This document shows positions 35,246 through 47,600 of a DNA stretch of 64,000 bases, one piece after another (position 1 is the first letter of the stretch; each line of letters opens with the position of its first letter). A model generated the notes under the pieces. That model made no database searches, was not told the origin of the DNA, and worked only from the letters and a program-made list of their open reading frames with translations. Origin of the DNA: Gonapodya sp. JEL0774 (Eukaryota); assembly GCA_027604505.1 (NCBI GenBank), contig JADIIX010000006.1, forward strand, positions 124,001 through 188,000. The letters are read 5' to 3'. Position numbers and translations under genes: made by a program.

Positions 35246-37474
35246 TTAAATGGTGTCTAAAAAGTCATCCAGCCTTGAGCGCCTTTTGGGGATGCCCGTG
35301 CCAGATGCGCTAACCAACGAATGAACGAGACTATGCGAAGTGCCACCTTGCAAGTTGGTGCTGGTTCCTTGTACATCCGTGAAGAGGCTTTTCCCATGTC
35401 CCAACTCCTTGATTTCGACCCTATTCCAAAAGGTCAGGCCAACGGGACTTTCAGGTGAGATACCAAGTTTCCCGTGTTGTGAAGACGATGACCTCTGCGG
35501 TGCAAGTGAACCAGGGAACATTTCCTCATCCGATGCAGAGTCAGAATCAGATCCCCAAATGTCAGCCACGGAGGCGACATAGTCTCCAACATTTGAGTTA
35601 CACATCTTGGAGTTTACTGTTTTTGATATTGTCCTAGCATCAGGCTCCGCTGCTTTGACGGTAGGAACACCATCAAGTTCGACTTCACCGTCATCGGTGG
35701 CTCCATCATTGGTGTCCCTATTCAAGTCACCAACATGCGCTATAGGTAGATCAAGCACCAAATCCATTGCGGTCTCTTGACGAAGACGATTCCGCTGCTG
35801 CGTAGCCATGGGAACTTGCTGAACTTTCGACCTCTCATCCAATCTCTCTGCAACTTCAAACAGTTCCCCAGCTCGTTCTTTCAGCACTTCCTCTTTTCTC
35901 CCCTTTACCTCATCCTCTCCATCATTGATAGCATTTCGCTTCCGTTCCTCTTCAAGTTGCTTCAAGCGCTTCTCCGCAATTGGAGCGAGGAATCGCTTTG
36001 AGGCATCGATGAGTTCTGTTTCAGTCAAACGAAATAGTTGCCCTGGTGGAGGCGGTGGAACTCGCTTGCGCATGACGGGCAGAACAGGCATGGCGGCGGG
36101 CGCGGTGACAGATCCAGATTGAGGAAAGCCTCTAAACTGTTTTGGTGTCGTTCGCGAGTCGAGATATTCCTCAGGCAGGCGACGTTTTTTACCCGCTGTG
36201 CCCACCAAGGGAAGAGCATTTCTGGTCAAACTAACATTCGCCTGTGGTGAGGCGGAGACGACGACAGAAGGTGGCGAGGCACCTGTGGTAGTTGTTCGCT
36301 GACGAGGTGCAGTCGCGGGCGGTACGATTTCAAGGCTAGACTTAATCGGCGTTGCTGGTGCGGGTGCAGAAATTTCGCTCAATTCATTCATAGTAGGTTG
36401 GACGGATGTCACGGCTGGTGAATCTTGGGACGGGTGAGCGTGTATCCTCGGTTCCTTCAGACCCGCAAAAAGCTCTGCGATTCCAGGTGGTGGTGAGGGA
36501 ACCAATGCACGAGGCTGAGGCGATGGCAAACACTCCTCAAACTCCAATGCTTCGACTTGCAGACCACCATTGGTTTCGCTCTGTGCACTTCTTTTGACTC
36601 CATGTGCAGTCGCTAGGACGCGCTCACCACCTGCAGTCTTGCTTTCTACGTTTTCTTGTCTGTTATGCTGCTTGCTTGCATTCGAACCAGCACTTTCCTT
36701 TCTTACCGGATACTCCTCCCCCCACTTTGAGACATCCAACTCAATAGTGGAGCAAGCCTGTCTCAGGCACAACATAACAGCCGCAATGTGCTTACACGGC
36801 ATTCGCTGTCCGTGTTTCTTCTGTCTTTCCCTGTCCTCTTGCTTTCCTGAGTTCCACTGGGTACGTTCGGCAGCAGGGCAAGTACAGTTCCACCCAAGCA
36901 CGGTAATTTGATTTCCCAGCTCCGTGAGCGCCACATGTGACTCATACGGTGCGACTGCGGTGCCCCGAATCGACGCTGCAAAGGCTATGACGCGTCCCGA
37001 GTTCCACAAGTACGCCTTACGAGCTGTAATCGCAGAGAAAGGCAGGCGATGTTCACTGAGAGCTTTTTGGTAAGAGCGAGAGGATGTGAGCCGCTGGATG
37101 CGTTCTAGAGAAAGTCCGTCAGAGAGTTGCTGCACAAAAGAGACTGCGAATCGACGGTCCGGGATGTCCCGGCTGGAAGGTGGCAGCATTGGGGTTTGGA
37201 TGCCGCTTGAAGGGGCAATTCCAGGCCGAGTGGTCGTAAGTAGAGGTGCAATCAATTCAGATACAGTTGGGCTTGCATCGCGTGATCGACGAATAGCCGT
37301 CTTCGCAGGATGCATATCCACGCCCGCCGCATCAATCCATGATTTTGCCACTACAGGTTCAGCGACCAACCCGTGCCAGCCCCCTCCAGAGCGTGTTTCG
37401 GTGCGGTCCACCGGTGCCGAGGACGGGGGTAATGTCGACCTCATCTGTGATAGGAATTCCTGAAGAAGAGGCAA
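35246..37474 (-). CDS. SWIM zinc-finger protein with long disordered tail (5' end unresolved; candidate ATG 37444)
   Basis: AASIRGTAVAPYESHVAL...WNCTCP-x(n)-CKHIAAVMLCL gives the CxC..CxH SWIM signature within a 742-codon uninterrupted ORF. Confidence 0.8.
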   Translation of the reverse strand: MPLLQEFLSQMRSTLPPSSAPVDRTETRSGGGWHGLVAEPVVAKSWIDAAGVDMHPAKTAIRRSRDASPTVSELIAPLLTTTRPGIAPSSGIQTPMLPPSSRDIPDRRFAVSFVQQLSDGLSLERIQRLTSSRSYQKALSEHRLPFSAITARKAYLWNSGRVIAFAASIRGTAVAPYESHVALTELGNQITVLGWNCTCPAAERTQWNSGKQEDRERQKKHGQRMPCKHIAAVMLCLRQACSTIELDVSKWGEEYPVRKESAGSNASKQHNRQENVESKTAGGERVLATAHGVKRSAQSETNGGLQVEALEFEECLPSPQPRALVPSPPPGIAELFAGLKEPRIHAHPSQDSPAVTSVQPTMNELSEISAPAPATPIKSSLEIVPPATAPRQRTTTTGASPPSVVVSASPQANVSLTRNALPLVGTAGKKRRLPEEYLDSRTTPKQFRGFPQSGSVTAPAAMPVLPVMRKRVPPPPPGQLFRLTETELIDASKRFLAPIAEKRLKQLEEERKRNAINDGEDEVKGRKEEVLKERAGELFEVAERLDERSKVQQVPMATQQRNRLRQETAMDLVLDLPIAHVGDLNRDTNDGATDDGEVELDGVPTVKAAEPDARTISKTVNSKMCNSNVGDYVASVADIWGSDSDSASDEEMFPGSLAPQRSSSSQHGKLGISPESPVGLTFWNRVEIKELGHGKSLFTDVQGTSTNLQGGTSHSLVHSLVSASGTGIPKRRSRLDDFLDTI

Positions 37475-38317
37475 AGGAGCTGAACGGGATGCACTACGCC
37501 AAAGACAGTATCACGAAAGATGATATCCTCTAAAGAACACTGGACCAGAACATACGCGCCACCGGGCAATGGCAGTGCCGTTACTGCCGCCACTTGGCTC
37601 AACTCCGCACCTTGCCGCCCCACCGTCTTTCCAGTCGTGGCGAATTCTGCAATGGGCACCACAGCTCCAACTACTTTCCATGCTGTCAGGTCTCGTGTGG
37701 AACGATTGGAAGACACAAAAGTAGTACGGCGGAGGTCGAGGTGGTGCCGTCGCTGCAAGAAAGCGATTGATGAAGCAGGGTGGGGCAGAGGGGATGAATG
37801 GGCTTATGAGGTCAAGCGAACCTATCATTAAACAGAGTGCGGGCAAGCAGGCGCCGGTGATCAAAACGTACGGTGAGCGCAAAGCCATATTGGAGTGATA
37901 GAACCGAGACTTTGTAGCAGAGTGATGCGGAGAAGGTGGCGAAGGTGAAGAATCGGGGCGCTACACGCACGTGGGATGGATCAAGAGGGGATACAACGGA
38001 AAGAATGGGGGGGCGAATCCACGCACTTGGGATGCCGCCTTAAGTGAAAAAGACGGTGCTCATCCAGGAGAAAGATGACACTATAGATTGTTTTCGGGAA
38101 CAATAGAAATCAAAGATTTGAGCAGGCCCAGTGGCACGGATAGACAAAGCGGGGCATCGCCACACAAGCAATGGTGTTTGTTAAAAAAAACGGCGACGGG
38201 AGGGGGGTGGGGGGTGGGAGTTGGTGGCGTGCACAAGTCGTTGGAATGGAGGAGTTCGGAGAATATCAGACCAATGCGAAGAGGTCAACGCTGCTGTGGT
38301 TCTTCTTCTCCGCAAAC

Positions 38318-39504
38318 TCACCGACCACTCCCACCACCTCTATTCCATCGAGCGACGCCATCCACTAATCTCCGGTCCAAGTCGATCGTCCACCTGTCGT
38401 GGTCATCCGCCGAAGGCGGGGTGGAGTGTGTGACATAAAGCCCGTTTGCAGATTCCGTGGGGCTGTAGTGTACGGCAACACAGCACGCGCTGTCGATGAC
38501 TAAGGCTTTTTGAGTAAACTCTAGCGGAATCATCCCCCATTCAGCACCTTCTCCAATGTGTCTAATGTTCCCTAAGGATAGGCAAACAGGTCCCCCAATA
38601 ATATCGATTTCCAGCACCTTGCCCACTCCAGGAAGGTCGCGAACTATGCGCTTGCGTGCATCCAGGATATCTGGGCGTGGACCGACGCAAAAGTCTGCCG
38701 CCAGTTCCATGGACCACGTAGAGACGTCCGCAGGGGGCAGGGGAGGGAAGTACGACGTAAGAGGAGGAGGGTCGGTTGAGGGTGAGCTAGGATTCTTGGG
38801 GGAGTTTTGGAGGGCCATAATTGATTCTGTGGTGTTTAGAGTGACAGCAGTGTGTCATAGGGCAACTGGGATCGTGATGCGAGAACCCTGAACGCACCCT
38901 GCTCCGTCCATTCACATTCGCTTGCAATCCAATGTTCCCTCATCCATAAACACTGTGCTCTGCCATACTCTGGCAAGACAGCAATGCACGCGACGCTTTG
39001 GGTGCCGAAGCCAACCCGGGCAAGGATGCCATTACAAAGGGCGTCAAGACAGGCAGCCGAAGCTGGTGAAGGTGTGGCGTCATCTTCAATGACATATCTA
39101 TCAGAGGGGAGTGCGGATGCGTATGCCCTGGTGGAGGCGCGTATTGCCGGTAATGCAGAAATCGGGGGGGGAGTGGACAGGTGAGTGGGGATTACGGAGC
39201 CAAGAAGATTGCGTAGCGAGATGCGAGTATGAGAAGACAAAGAAGAGACAATGAGGGCAGTTTTGCCCTGAGTTCCCAGGTGAAATGGGTGAGGCAGAGT
39301 ATAAATTTAGTTCGAAGCTGAGGATTCCGCATCTTTTCATACAAAAGCACTACAAGTGTCTGAGCCATTTCTCATCGTCTCCGGCGCACGCTGGATCTGA
39401 ACTTATTGAAGAAACAAAGAGGAACTTACCACAAATGGAGGGCCAATCAACACAATGACTGTGCAAGCCGTGATTCTTCCGCGTTGGTCTTCCCTCAAGT
39501 GCAT
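38318..39504 (-). CDS. Divergent Ras-superfamily-like P-loop protein
   Basis: Exons 39504-39430, 39267-38898 and 38826-38318 join in frame through canonical GT-AG introns: VIVLIGPPFV|GKTALI (Walker A), later PDILDARKRIV..LEIDIIGG (G2/G3-like). Confidence 0.6.
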
Positions 39505-39898
39505 CTTGGTTGATCGTTTAATTGTTGTCTCCTGGATTCAGAGGGGCATTCATTATTTTAGTAGGAGTGGGTGGACGGTCCTTATGTCACTTCTGGGTGG
39601 TTGTGTGGCCAGGTGGGGACAACACCGCGCTCCATCTCGCACTCATCGTGCTGCTCACATCTAAATGGCTCAAAGGGACCAGCAAAGTTGCAATCCACCT
39701 TTGCTAAGCATTACGTGCCCCCATTCTTCTCTCTCCCTATAATCGCAAACCGTCTGAGGTATCTCCCTTCCGCACGTCAATCCTGAATCAGTCTCAACCC
39801 CACTATATTGTAGAATACTGCCTCTCCTAAAATACACGTTTCGGTGAAGAGGTGGAGATTGCGCCATTCAACTCCCCTGTATCCCCTTCGTCACTTTT

Positions 39899-40700
39899 TT
39901 GGATGTTTGGCTGAAGTATGCCGATCATCCAACCTGGGTTGACGTGCCTCTTATTGCAGACTCGGTCCGTGACCTTGATCAGCAATATGGCGTACTTACG
40001 AGTTTGATCCGAAGTGCGGCTTTCCCAGAATGTAAATATGCTTCCACAATTGTTCTGTTCAGTTCTTTGCACTTACTATCATGGTGTCTAGTCTCAGATG
40101 GCTCCGGCAATCATGGAGACAACAGTAAAACAATCACTGATCAATTATCACATCACAACCTCTTCAATTTTCGTAGTGTCGGGGAGGCCAACATTTTTTT
40201 CGTTTGCGTCGTCAATGAACCCATGGAGAAGCGTAAGCCCATCCCATGGCTCTTGGAGAGCTTGTCAAGCGCCAAATGTGGAAGCAGACGCAACTCAATG
40301 CATGGATTCTGAAATCGCACAGGCCACCAACCCAGAAACCAGATGAACAGCAATTCCGACTCAGTCCGGCAGCTTCCACTATTCAAATGGAATAATGATA
40401 CCAAATACTGAATGACGGATATTCAGGATGAGTGGGAGAGCATTGGGTACCACGCATATTGCCACACGACAACTGCGGAAATGTGGCAGACTTGGGCGAT
40501 GTGAAGTGGTGAAGCTGAAATACATGTCGTTTAGCGTGAGATTGTACGTGGGCAGTGGTGCAGATTCCTCCATGACAGGTGTTGTTTACAAACAACGAGG
40601 TATGGTGAGGACAGAGTAAGACGCTTTCGAATTGACGCTGCGGACGCAGCAGAACACTCGCTTTTGCACTTCAATTCTGGTGGTTTGAGTGTGACAGTTT
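39899..40700 (+). pseudogene. Possible degenerate gene remnant (no ATG, interrupted frames)
   Basis: Protein-like VWLKYADHPTWVDVPLIADSVRDLD with apparent GT-AG introns, but there is an upstream in-frame TGA (39845-39847) and no start codon. Confidence 0.25.
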
Positions 40701-40913
40701 GTAGCGCCATGCGGCGGTGGCCCATCCATGGAGCCCCTACTTCAAGTATTGTTTTTGCAATGGACGGTGAAAACCTTTTCATAATTTGCTCTAAACCTTT
40801 CAGTTGGTTTCTTCATTTTCCCTGCAATTACTTGAGTCGCTAGGTTCTGTGCTTCGGCTGTGGAGAACCCTGTTCAAATAACTCGGTTCCCATTGTCAAC
40901 GATGTGCTTGAGA

Positions 40914-43385
40914 TCAATATCTATCCATTCTATCCCGCCTTGCTTCCTCGTTTCGTATCTCAAACATGACTTGCACTGCTGCAAACAGTGAGAAAAATGT
41001 GGCAACAAGGAACAACCCCCCTTTGGGTTCATCAAGGGGTGGCAATCAGTCCGACGTGGTAGAGACCAAGGGCATAACAGTCAAATGAATGCCTCCGCTG
41101 GTCATCTCTTCAGCTCACCTTCGGCGCTGAACACTTTTCCTCCCAACTCACGTATTCCGTCCATTCCAACTGCAAAACCCACAAGATTAGCTGTCATCAT
41201 CATTATAATGTTGGCCACGCCACCGCACGCGCACAGGTGCCGATACCACCACTGTGACTTGTACTTCGAAGCAACGAAGAATGGCAATACAAAGGAACCG
41301 AAACAAAGATTCAGAAAAGCGAAATCTCTGAATCTTTTGCTCTGAATTCGACCATTCAACTCACGGTACTCCTACTGAATGCCCATGTTGCCACGCCCTC
41401 GGGAACCAAAAACAACACAATAAGCCAGCTCCATGCAAGTAATTGCATGGTTCGGTCATGCCAAAACGCCACAAAGGCAAACACGACCGGGACAGAAACT
41501 AATCGGGACTTTGTGCCACCAAGCGGAACGTATATGTACCTTGATAGTGGACACAAGACTGCGACTCAATTTCAACAACAACAATATGTACCAACCCACT
41601 CACCTCACTATCCATCTATTGTAACTTCGGTGCCAACCCCTCCAGAAGCCCTCCGCCGAATAATTATTTGACATGCACCTTTGCATGTTCTCGACGGTTT
41701 CGATGCCATCGAGGAGAGCCCACAGTCGGAAGAATCGCCATATTACCAACAACTTCCCGAGCAACAGCACCGTCCGATTGGGAACCGTGCAATAAATCAA
41801 ACACAATCAGCAATGATGCGCCGAGCGGACCCATTCTTCAAGGCCGACTTGCATACCTTGAGCCACACAAATGTAAGGCACCAGTACCCAACCATTGCCA
41901 TTTGAAACGGACTCAGGCCTCCCCAAGCACGCTGTTTCGAGATCGCCTGCACATAAATGGTGTGCAGGAGGGCTTCCATTAGGAGATAGCAGAATACAAA
42001 ACGAATGGTGTAAAGAAGAACGGACAAGTGAGAGAGAGGGGGTGGGTTGCGAATCTGTAGGCCCAATCTCAGAGAAAAGCGGTACTCAAGTTCCCACATC
42101 GTTTGTCTCACCTGCGATATCCAACCATTAAAAGTACAAATAGGCCCCGCCTGGAACAACGGTACATAAAGCGTGTAGGCGAGGTAGTTGAAGAGGTGAA
42201 AGTCGGCACGGTCTGCGGCGTGCTCGGTGCGGAGGCGGTCGCACAGGATACTCGCCGGAAGAGAGCATTTGTGGCAGTTGCGAAGATGTACCTGGAAGTT
42301 TCCGTATGATACTCGAGTGTCAGTGGATGCCACAATATTCTCGTGGATACAGGAATTCACAAAACGCGGCCACGACATTCACTTCACCGAAAGTGGGCAC
42401 CTGCCGCGCCGCCCAGTACAAATCGAGATTAAAAGATATCATACGAAGCTGGGTAATATTGAATGTGATGAACCACCGGGGCATCAATCCTCGTTCAAAG
42501 TCCTGCATTGACATAAGAGTTGCCTGTTGCACCATTTTATGTCCTGGAGCACGATGTAAAAACTTCTCACCAAAAACGCCAAGCTCTCCGAGATAGACGC
42601 CCATGGCACTGCTCCCCAACGCTCATTGCTGTACAGCAGGAACAGATTAAGCATCCACGTCATTACCGGATTCCATTGCGATCCTTGGCAGGTCCACGCA
42701 ATGACGTAATTCAGTCCTAGCTCGAGCAACACCCGAATGCTGTTGGTTCCGTACAAGACCCATAGAAAGATTGTGGAGAAGATGAGGTTAAAGACGAGTC
42801 GAGGGTGAAACGAACCCAAGGCGGAATCTTGGTGTCGGAAGGGAAGGCGGCGAGCTATGTGGCTGAGGACCAAGTGCGCAAGTGACGCGCCTACAAGGGC
42901 ATTAATGTTATTGCGGAATGATGCATATTGGCCATCGGAGTTGTCCTGAAAGCAAGAGTGTAAGTCGTTTCTGACTCGGGGAGTTTGGTTCTTGACTAAA
43001 GACAGACAGACCACTTTGAGACGAAAAATCCATCCCTCACTCAAAAGCTTTGCGTAGCGAGGATATTGCGGGGTATTCCCTGTCGAAATGACCGGATGCT
43101 TGCAAGAGAATTATGCCACGGGGCGGCAAGAAGAGTAAACCCACACAGACTAAGCTCGATTGCGCACTTAAACATCATTGTTACAGCCACAATAAGAATG
43201 CAGTAATATACAAGGAACTCCGATGTCCACCATCGAGGCTGGTCGGGTGTTCTGCGATCACCACTGAGAACTGTCTTGTTCCCATTAGCATCTCCCTGAG
43301 TCCTAAGTCGTTGCCCATCCTCCTCGGATCCACTTTTAGTTCGCGAAGCATGCATGATCTCGTCTGGTGGTCTCCGGCGGGACAT
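40914..43385 (-). CDS. GUP1: Membrane-bound O-acyltransferase GUP1/HHAT-like
   Basis: [121 protein letters not shown]. Confidence 0.95.
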
Positions 43386-43528
43386 ACAAAGCTGATCACC
43401 GGTTATGTAAAAGCTGATCAACGGCTAAAGTGCATGTGCGCATCAGGAGTGGCCTCAACAGATGATCGAAAGAAACTCAGGACCAACCGAACCATCAATT
43501 ACAATTACACCTGAGTAAAGCCACCGCG
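43386..43528. promoter_or_regulatory. Short divergent (putative bidirectional) promoter, GUP1/CFAP299
   Basis: Only 143 bp between head-to-head candidate ATGs; contains an imperfect 18-bp direct repeat. Confidence 0.5.
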
Positions 43529-44568
43529 ATGATAGCGGACCAAGATGCCCGCGGCGGGAGTGCCGGAAGCGATGGTGGAGATGGACTGGGAAACGGAGCT
43601 TCTGGTGGTGACAATGGCGTTGCAGACTTTGCGAAGTACGAGGATTACCTGGATTCTCAAATCCAGCCAATTGATCTATACTATCTTGAAGTGAGGCTTC
43701 CCTATTACTCTTTCTTCGAATGTCTATCTGTGCCTGCTTTGGCATTTCAATTTCGCGACTCTCACAACAGGACAAAGAGCTTGCTCGCCAGCTCGTAGAG
43801 CTGGGATACCGAGGTTCCGGTGAACCACTCAAGCGCGAGGAGTTTGAATCTCGAAAGAAAGCCGCCGAGTCATTCCGGCTGTCAAAACGAAACCCCACCA
43901 AAACTCTTGCGCATCAAGGCAAGGACCTCACAGGGTTCCCGTTTCTTCAAGCACTCGCAGAAAGGGAGGAGGCAAATCGAAGCGGGAAGCTGACGGTGGG
44001 AGTTGAGCTGCTCATCAGTCGCAAATTACTCCGTGAAGAGTCCACCCTGAAACGCACAAGTTTTCTGTAGTCAATAATATTCCTCCGAACCCGGAATGCG
44101 AAAAAGCAAGAAGTTTCAGGCTATATTGATTACGCTCATCGTCTGAAATCGGAGAACTTTGAGCCGTACTTCTCACGTTCAAAGCTCCTGCTTCCACGAC
44201 CATCGGACCTGAGTTTCTACAACTGGGAAACGCAAACTTGCACAAGCAATAATTCTCCAAACTTTCAAGTGATGGCGGATAACGAGAACGGGTTATTGTT
44301 CAAAAACAAGCGAGATCGAAAAATCATCAACGTTGATCCGAAGGTCTGAAACACAAACACACGGCCCATTGATTTCACTCAACAGATCACGTGAATTGAC
44401 ATCTTAGGAACCGAATCCTGGGGATAACACAACGCGCTTTGAGACTCAAACAAGTCAACACATTCAGGTGGTTATCTATGACCATCTCACCAGACGCAAG
44501 GTTCGAATGAAGCGCTGCATGACTGTCGTTCGGATTTTATCTGACGTTAGAAACTTTGTCAGATGTGA
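43529..44568 (+). CDS. CFAP299: Cilia- and flagella-associated protein 299 (C4orf22/DUF4464)
   Basis: [98 protein letters not shown]. Confidence 0.95.
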
Positions 44569-44647
44569 TCGACTTACATACCAATATGTACATCGTAATG
44601 GAAAGCAACATAATCTAAGTGCCGCCAGGTTTTGAGTGACTCGTCAA

Positions 44648-47600
44648 TTATTTAGATCTGCCCCGAACATTTCTCGACCAACCTAAATTACCACCACCGT
44701 GGATTGTACCCGAATTCCCTTGACCACCGGGTGGAGCTGCATCAGTTTGCTGGTTGCGGTAGCCTTGCTGGCCACCATAGCCATGTTGATAACTCGATGG
44801 TGCCCACCCTCCACCATTTTGAACAGGAGCCTCATAGGAATGACTTGGTCGCCAGCCAGCGCCTACATTAGTCGTTCCATTTGCCACATGATAGCCACGA
44901 TTGCTCCTGTCGTTGTCCCTGGCAGATCGTGAAGAGTTGTCACTGCCTGAGTTCCTCGCCCCTGAGGGGTCGGCAGAGTCTCGCGAATCACGAGAGCCTC
45001 TAAAGTCGTAGTCCCGTGAGCTTCCGTTGTACCGACCGAAATCCTGATTGTACGAGTTGCCGAGCGAAGAGCGATCGCCCGAAGAGCGAGAGTTTGGTCG
45101 GCTAGGGCTGTCAGTATTTTCCCTCCCATAGCCTGTCCTCCCCCCACGCCCGTATCCACCCCTTCGATCTAGATCTTGACCACGGTAGTCATCCCCTCTC
45201 TGCCAGTATCCGTCAGACTGACTCCGACCGTAACCGATTCCATGCTGGTCGTGGTGTCCCTGAGAACCCATTCCACTACTAGCCATTCGCATTGCACCGT
45301 CCGTTAATCTAGGCCCGCCGCCGCGACCACCTCGGCCGCCCCGTCCCCGATTTGTCCCACCCAATCGAACCCAGTAGACATCTTGCGACGAGAGTATCTT
45401 TGGTGGCATTTTGACACCAGGGAGCAATGTTCCTTTGTGAACATATTCCCTGGGAGTTTGGGGGTTAAAGAAGACCACATCCAGACATCGAAGGTTGAAA
45501 ATATCAGGCTGCCCTTCACGTTTCAAAGGGGATATCAGAGTGGCGCCAGGAACGAGGGCTTCGGGATCTTGGACGACAAGACCCATTATGTGCTCCGGCA
45601 ACGACTTGAGAGCCTTTGCCTTTTCAAGGAGCTCCTCCGGAAGGGGTAACTTCGAATTAATCTGGGGACCTTCGAAAGATTTGTAAAGTATCGATATCTC
45701 ATCAAACAGCTCATGTTCACAATGAACAAAGAGGCGATCGTAGCCACGAGAATTGCGGCGTACTTCTTCCGGGGTCAATGTGGGATAAACATCTTGCAGC
45801 GCAGCAAATAGTCGTTTTTCATCAATGAAAGGGAGAAGGGCGACACCTTCACGGAGAGAATAGAAAGCATAGAGTAACACGTACAAACGTAGATAGCTTT
45901 CCAGAACAGTTTTACGCACCTTGCCACGCATACTTCTTTCCATTCAAATCGATCTTGAACCTAGTTGGGTAGAAATCTCCGATCACGCTGTCTTCCTCTC
46001 TCATCAGATCTCTCCATGGCACAGGTAAAGCTTTGTCACTTGCTTTTGGGAGTACCCCCATAAGCTGCTCCAGAGGTGCGAACGGAGTTCCATAGTCAAA
46101 CTTAATCTGAAGCGAAACCAAGTCCGTACAGTCAGAAGCAAACGGTGAGTAATGGAAAGGATAGTACCACGGCCAAGACTGCACGCCCTGGTAGTAGTAC
46201 TTGAGGACCCAGCAAAGACCCTCAATGTACTTGCCGACGACGCTGTTTGGATTGGGACATCAATTTAAGCCTAGAATCTCAAATGCTTCAATAGACTTAC
46301 CTTCTCCTGAATGCGGTGTCCGCAACGTCCACTCCAAACTTGCTACGGTAGTACCTTCCTTTCCAGCCTGGTTCCCAGAGCCTTACCTCGTCGACGGGCT
46401 CACCTGTTGCCTCTTCGACTACTTGTACAAGCTCACTTTGATCCACCACTTTCTTGTGGGCAATAGGAACATCCGAAACAATCATTGTCTCCTCAACTTC
46501 GGTGTCAGACTCTTCCACCAACGTAGCTTCGGGCGTGGACACAGCGCCGAGGCCAGGAATGCCAGAATCATCCGACGACAGCAAGGATATGTCTGGAGTG
46601 CTAGATGATCGACGCAGAGATTCTGTGTCACCATCATCAGCGCGCACAATATCCATCTCGGCGACATCCACTGTTGGCTCAGGCGCTTGATCGCTTCCGC
46701 TCCTTTCATAACTCTCTTCCATGTAGGCGTCTTCCTTCATAGAAACAACCTCGCTTCTTCTCCTTTCATTACTCTCTTCCATGTAGGCGTCTTCCTTCAT
46801 AGAAACAACCTCGCTTCTTCTCCTTTCATTACTCTCTTCCATGCCGGTGTCTTCCTTGCCGGAAACAACCTCACTTGTGCTTTCGTGTGTTGCATCCTCT
46901 GGTTTGAGATTTTCTGTTGCGGTTCTATTTCCATCTTCAGAGGGGGAGGCCTTATTCAACTGTTCCTTAGCACCCTTTCCCATCAGTCGCTCTCTCAAAA
47001 ACGCCGCAGCATCCGCATTCGCCTTTTTCTTGTCCCTTTCCTCAACTTTTTTAGTAATAATCTCTTTGTTAATCGCAGTTGATTCCTTTTCTGTCTCATC
47101 TTCGCCGCCCTGTAGCATACCTGCTCTAGGTCCTTTTCCCAGAGGCATCGCGTACTTGAGTTGATCTTCTCCGTAAACAGAAGCTCTGAGAATCTCAGGT
47201 GCCTCTGCGGCTTTACGTTTCCTTGATCCTGAATTTTCATGGCCACCGATCCGCCAGTCGTCCCCGTCCGGTCCTGAAGCTCCTCTCCCTGCGTTTTCTC
47301 GCCTCTTTCTATCCCTTTCGTTTCGCAATCGCCTCTCTTCTTTCTCCTTACGAAGACGAAACGTCTCGTCCTCCAGTTTTCCGAGTTCCTCCATGAGCAG
47401 GTCCAATCGTCCAAGATTGAGTTCGCCATTATCAGTAAGGTACCCCCCCATAAGAGGTAAAGTCCGTTTCCAAATGCCGACGAGTGAATCAATGGCACCC
47501 TCTTTGATCTCAAGGCTTGGCAGATGCGGCAAGAAGTCGTTGCCCACGAAGAAGCAAAGAAACACCCAGTCATCCAGTGCACGTTCGAGAGACCAAGTGA

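Noticed and set aside
46691..46876. Repeat array as CRISPR-like
   Set aside because: Head-to-tail coding repeat without unique spacers, inside a eukaryotic gene.
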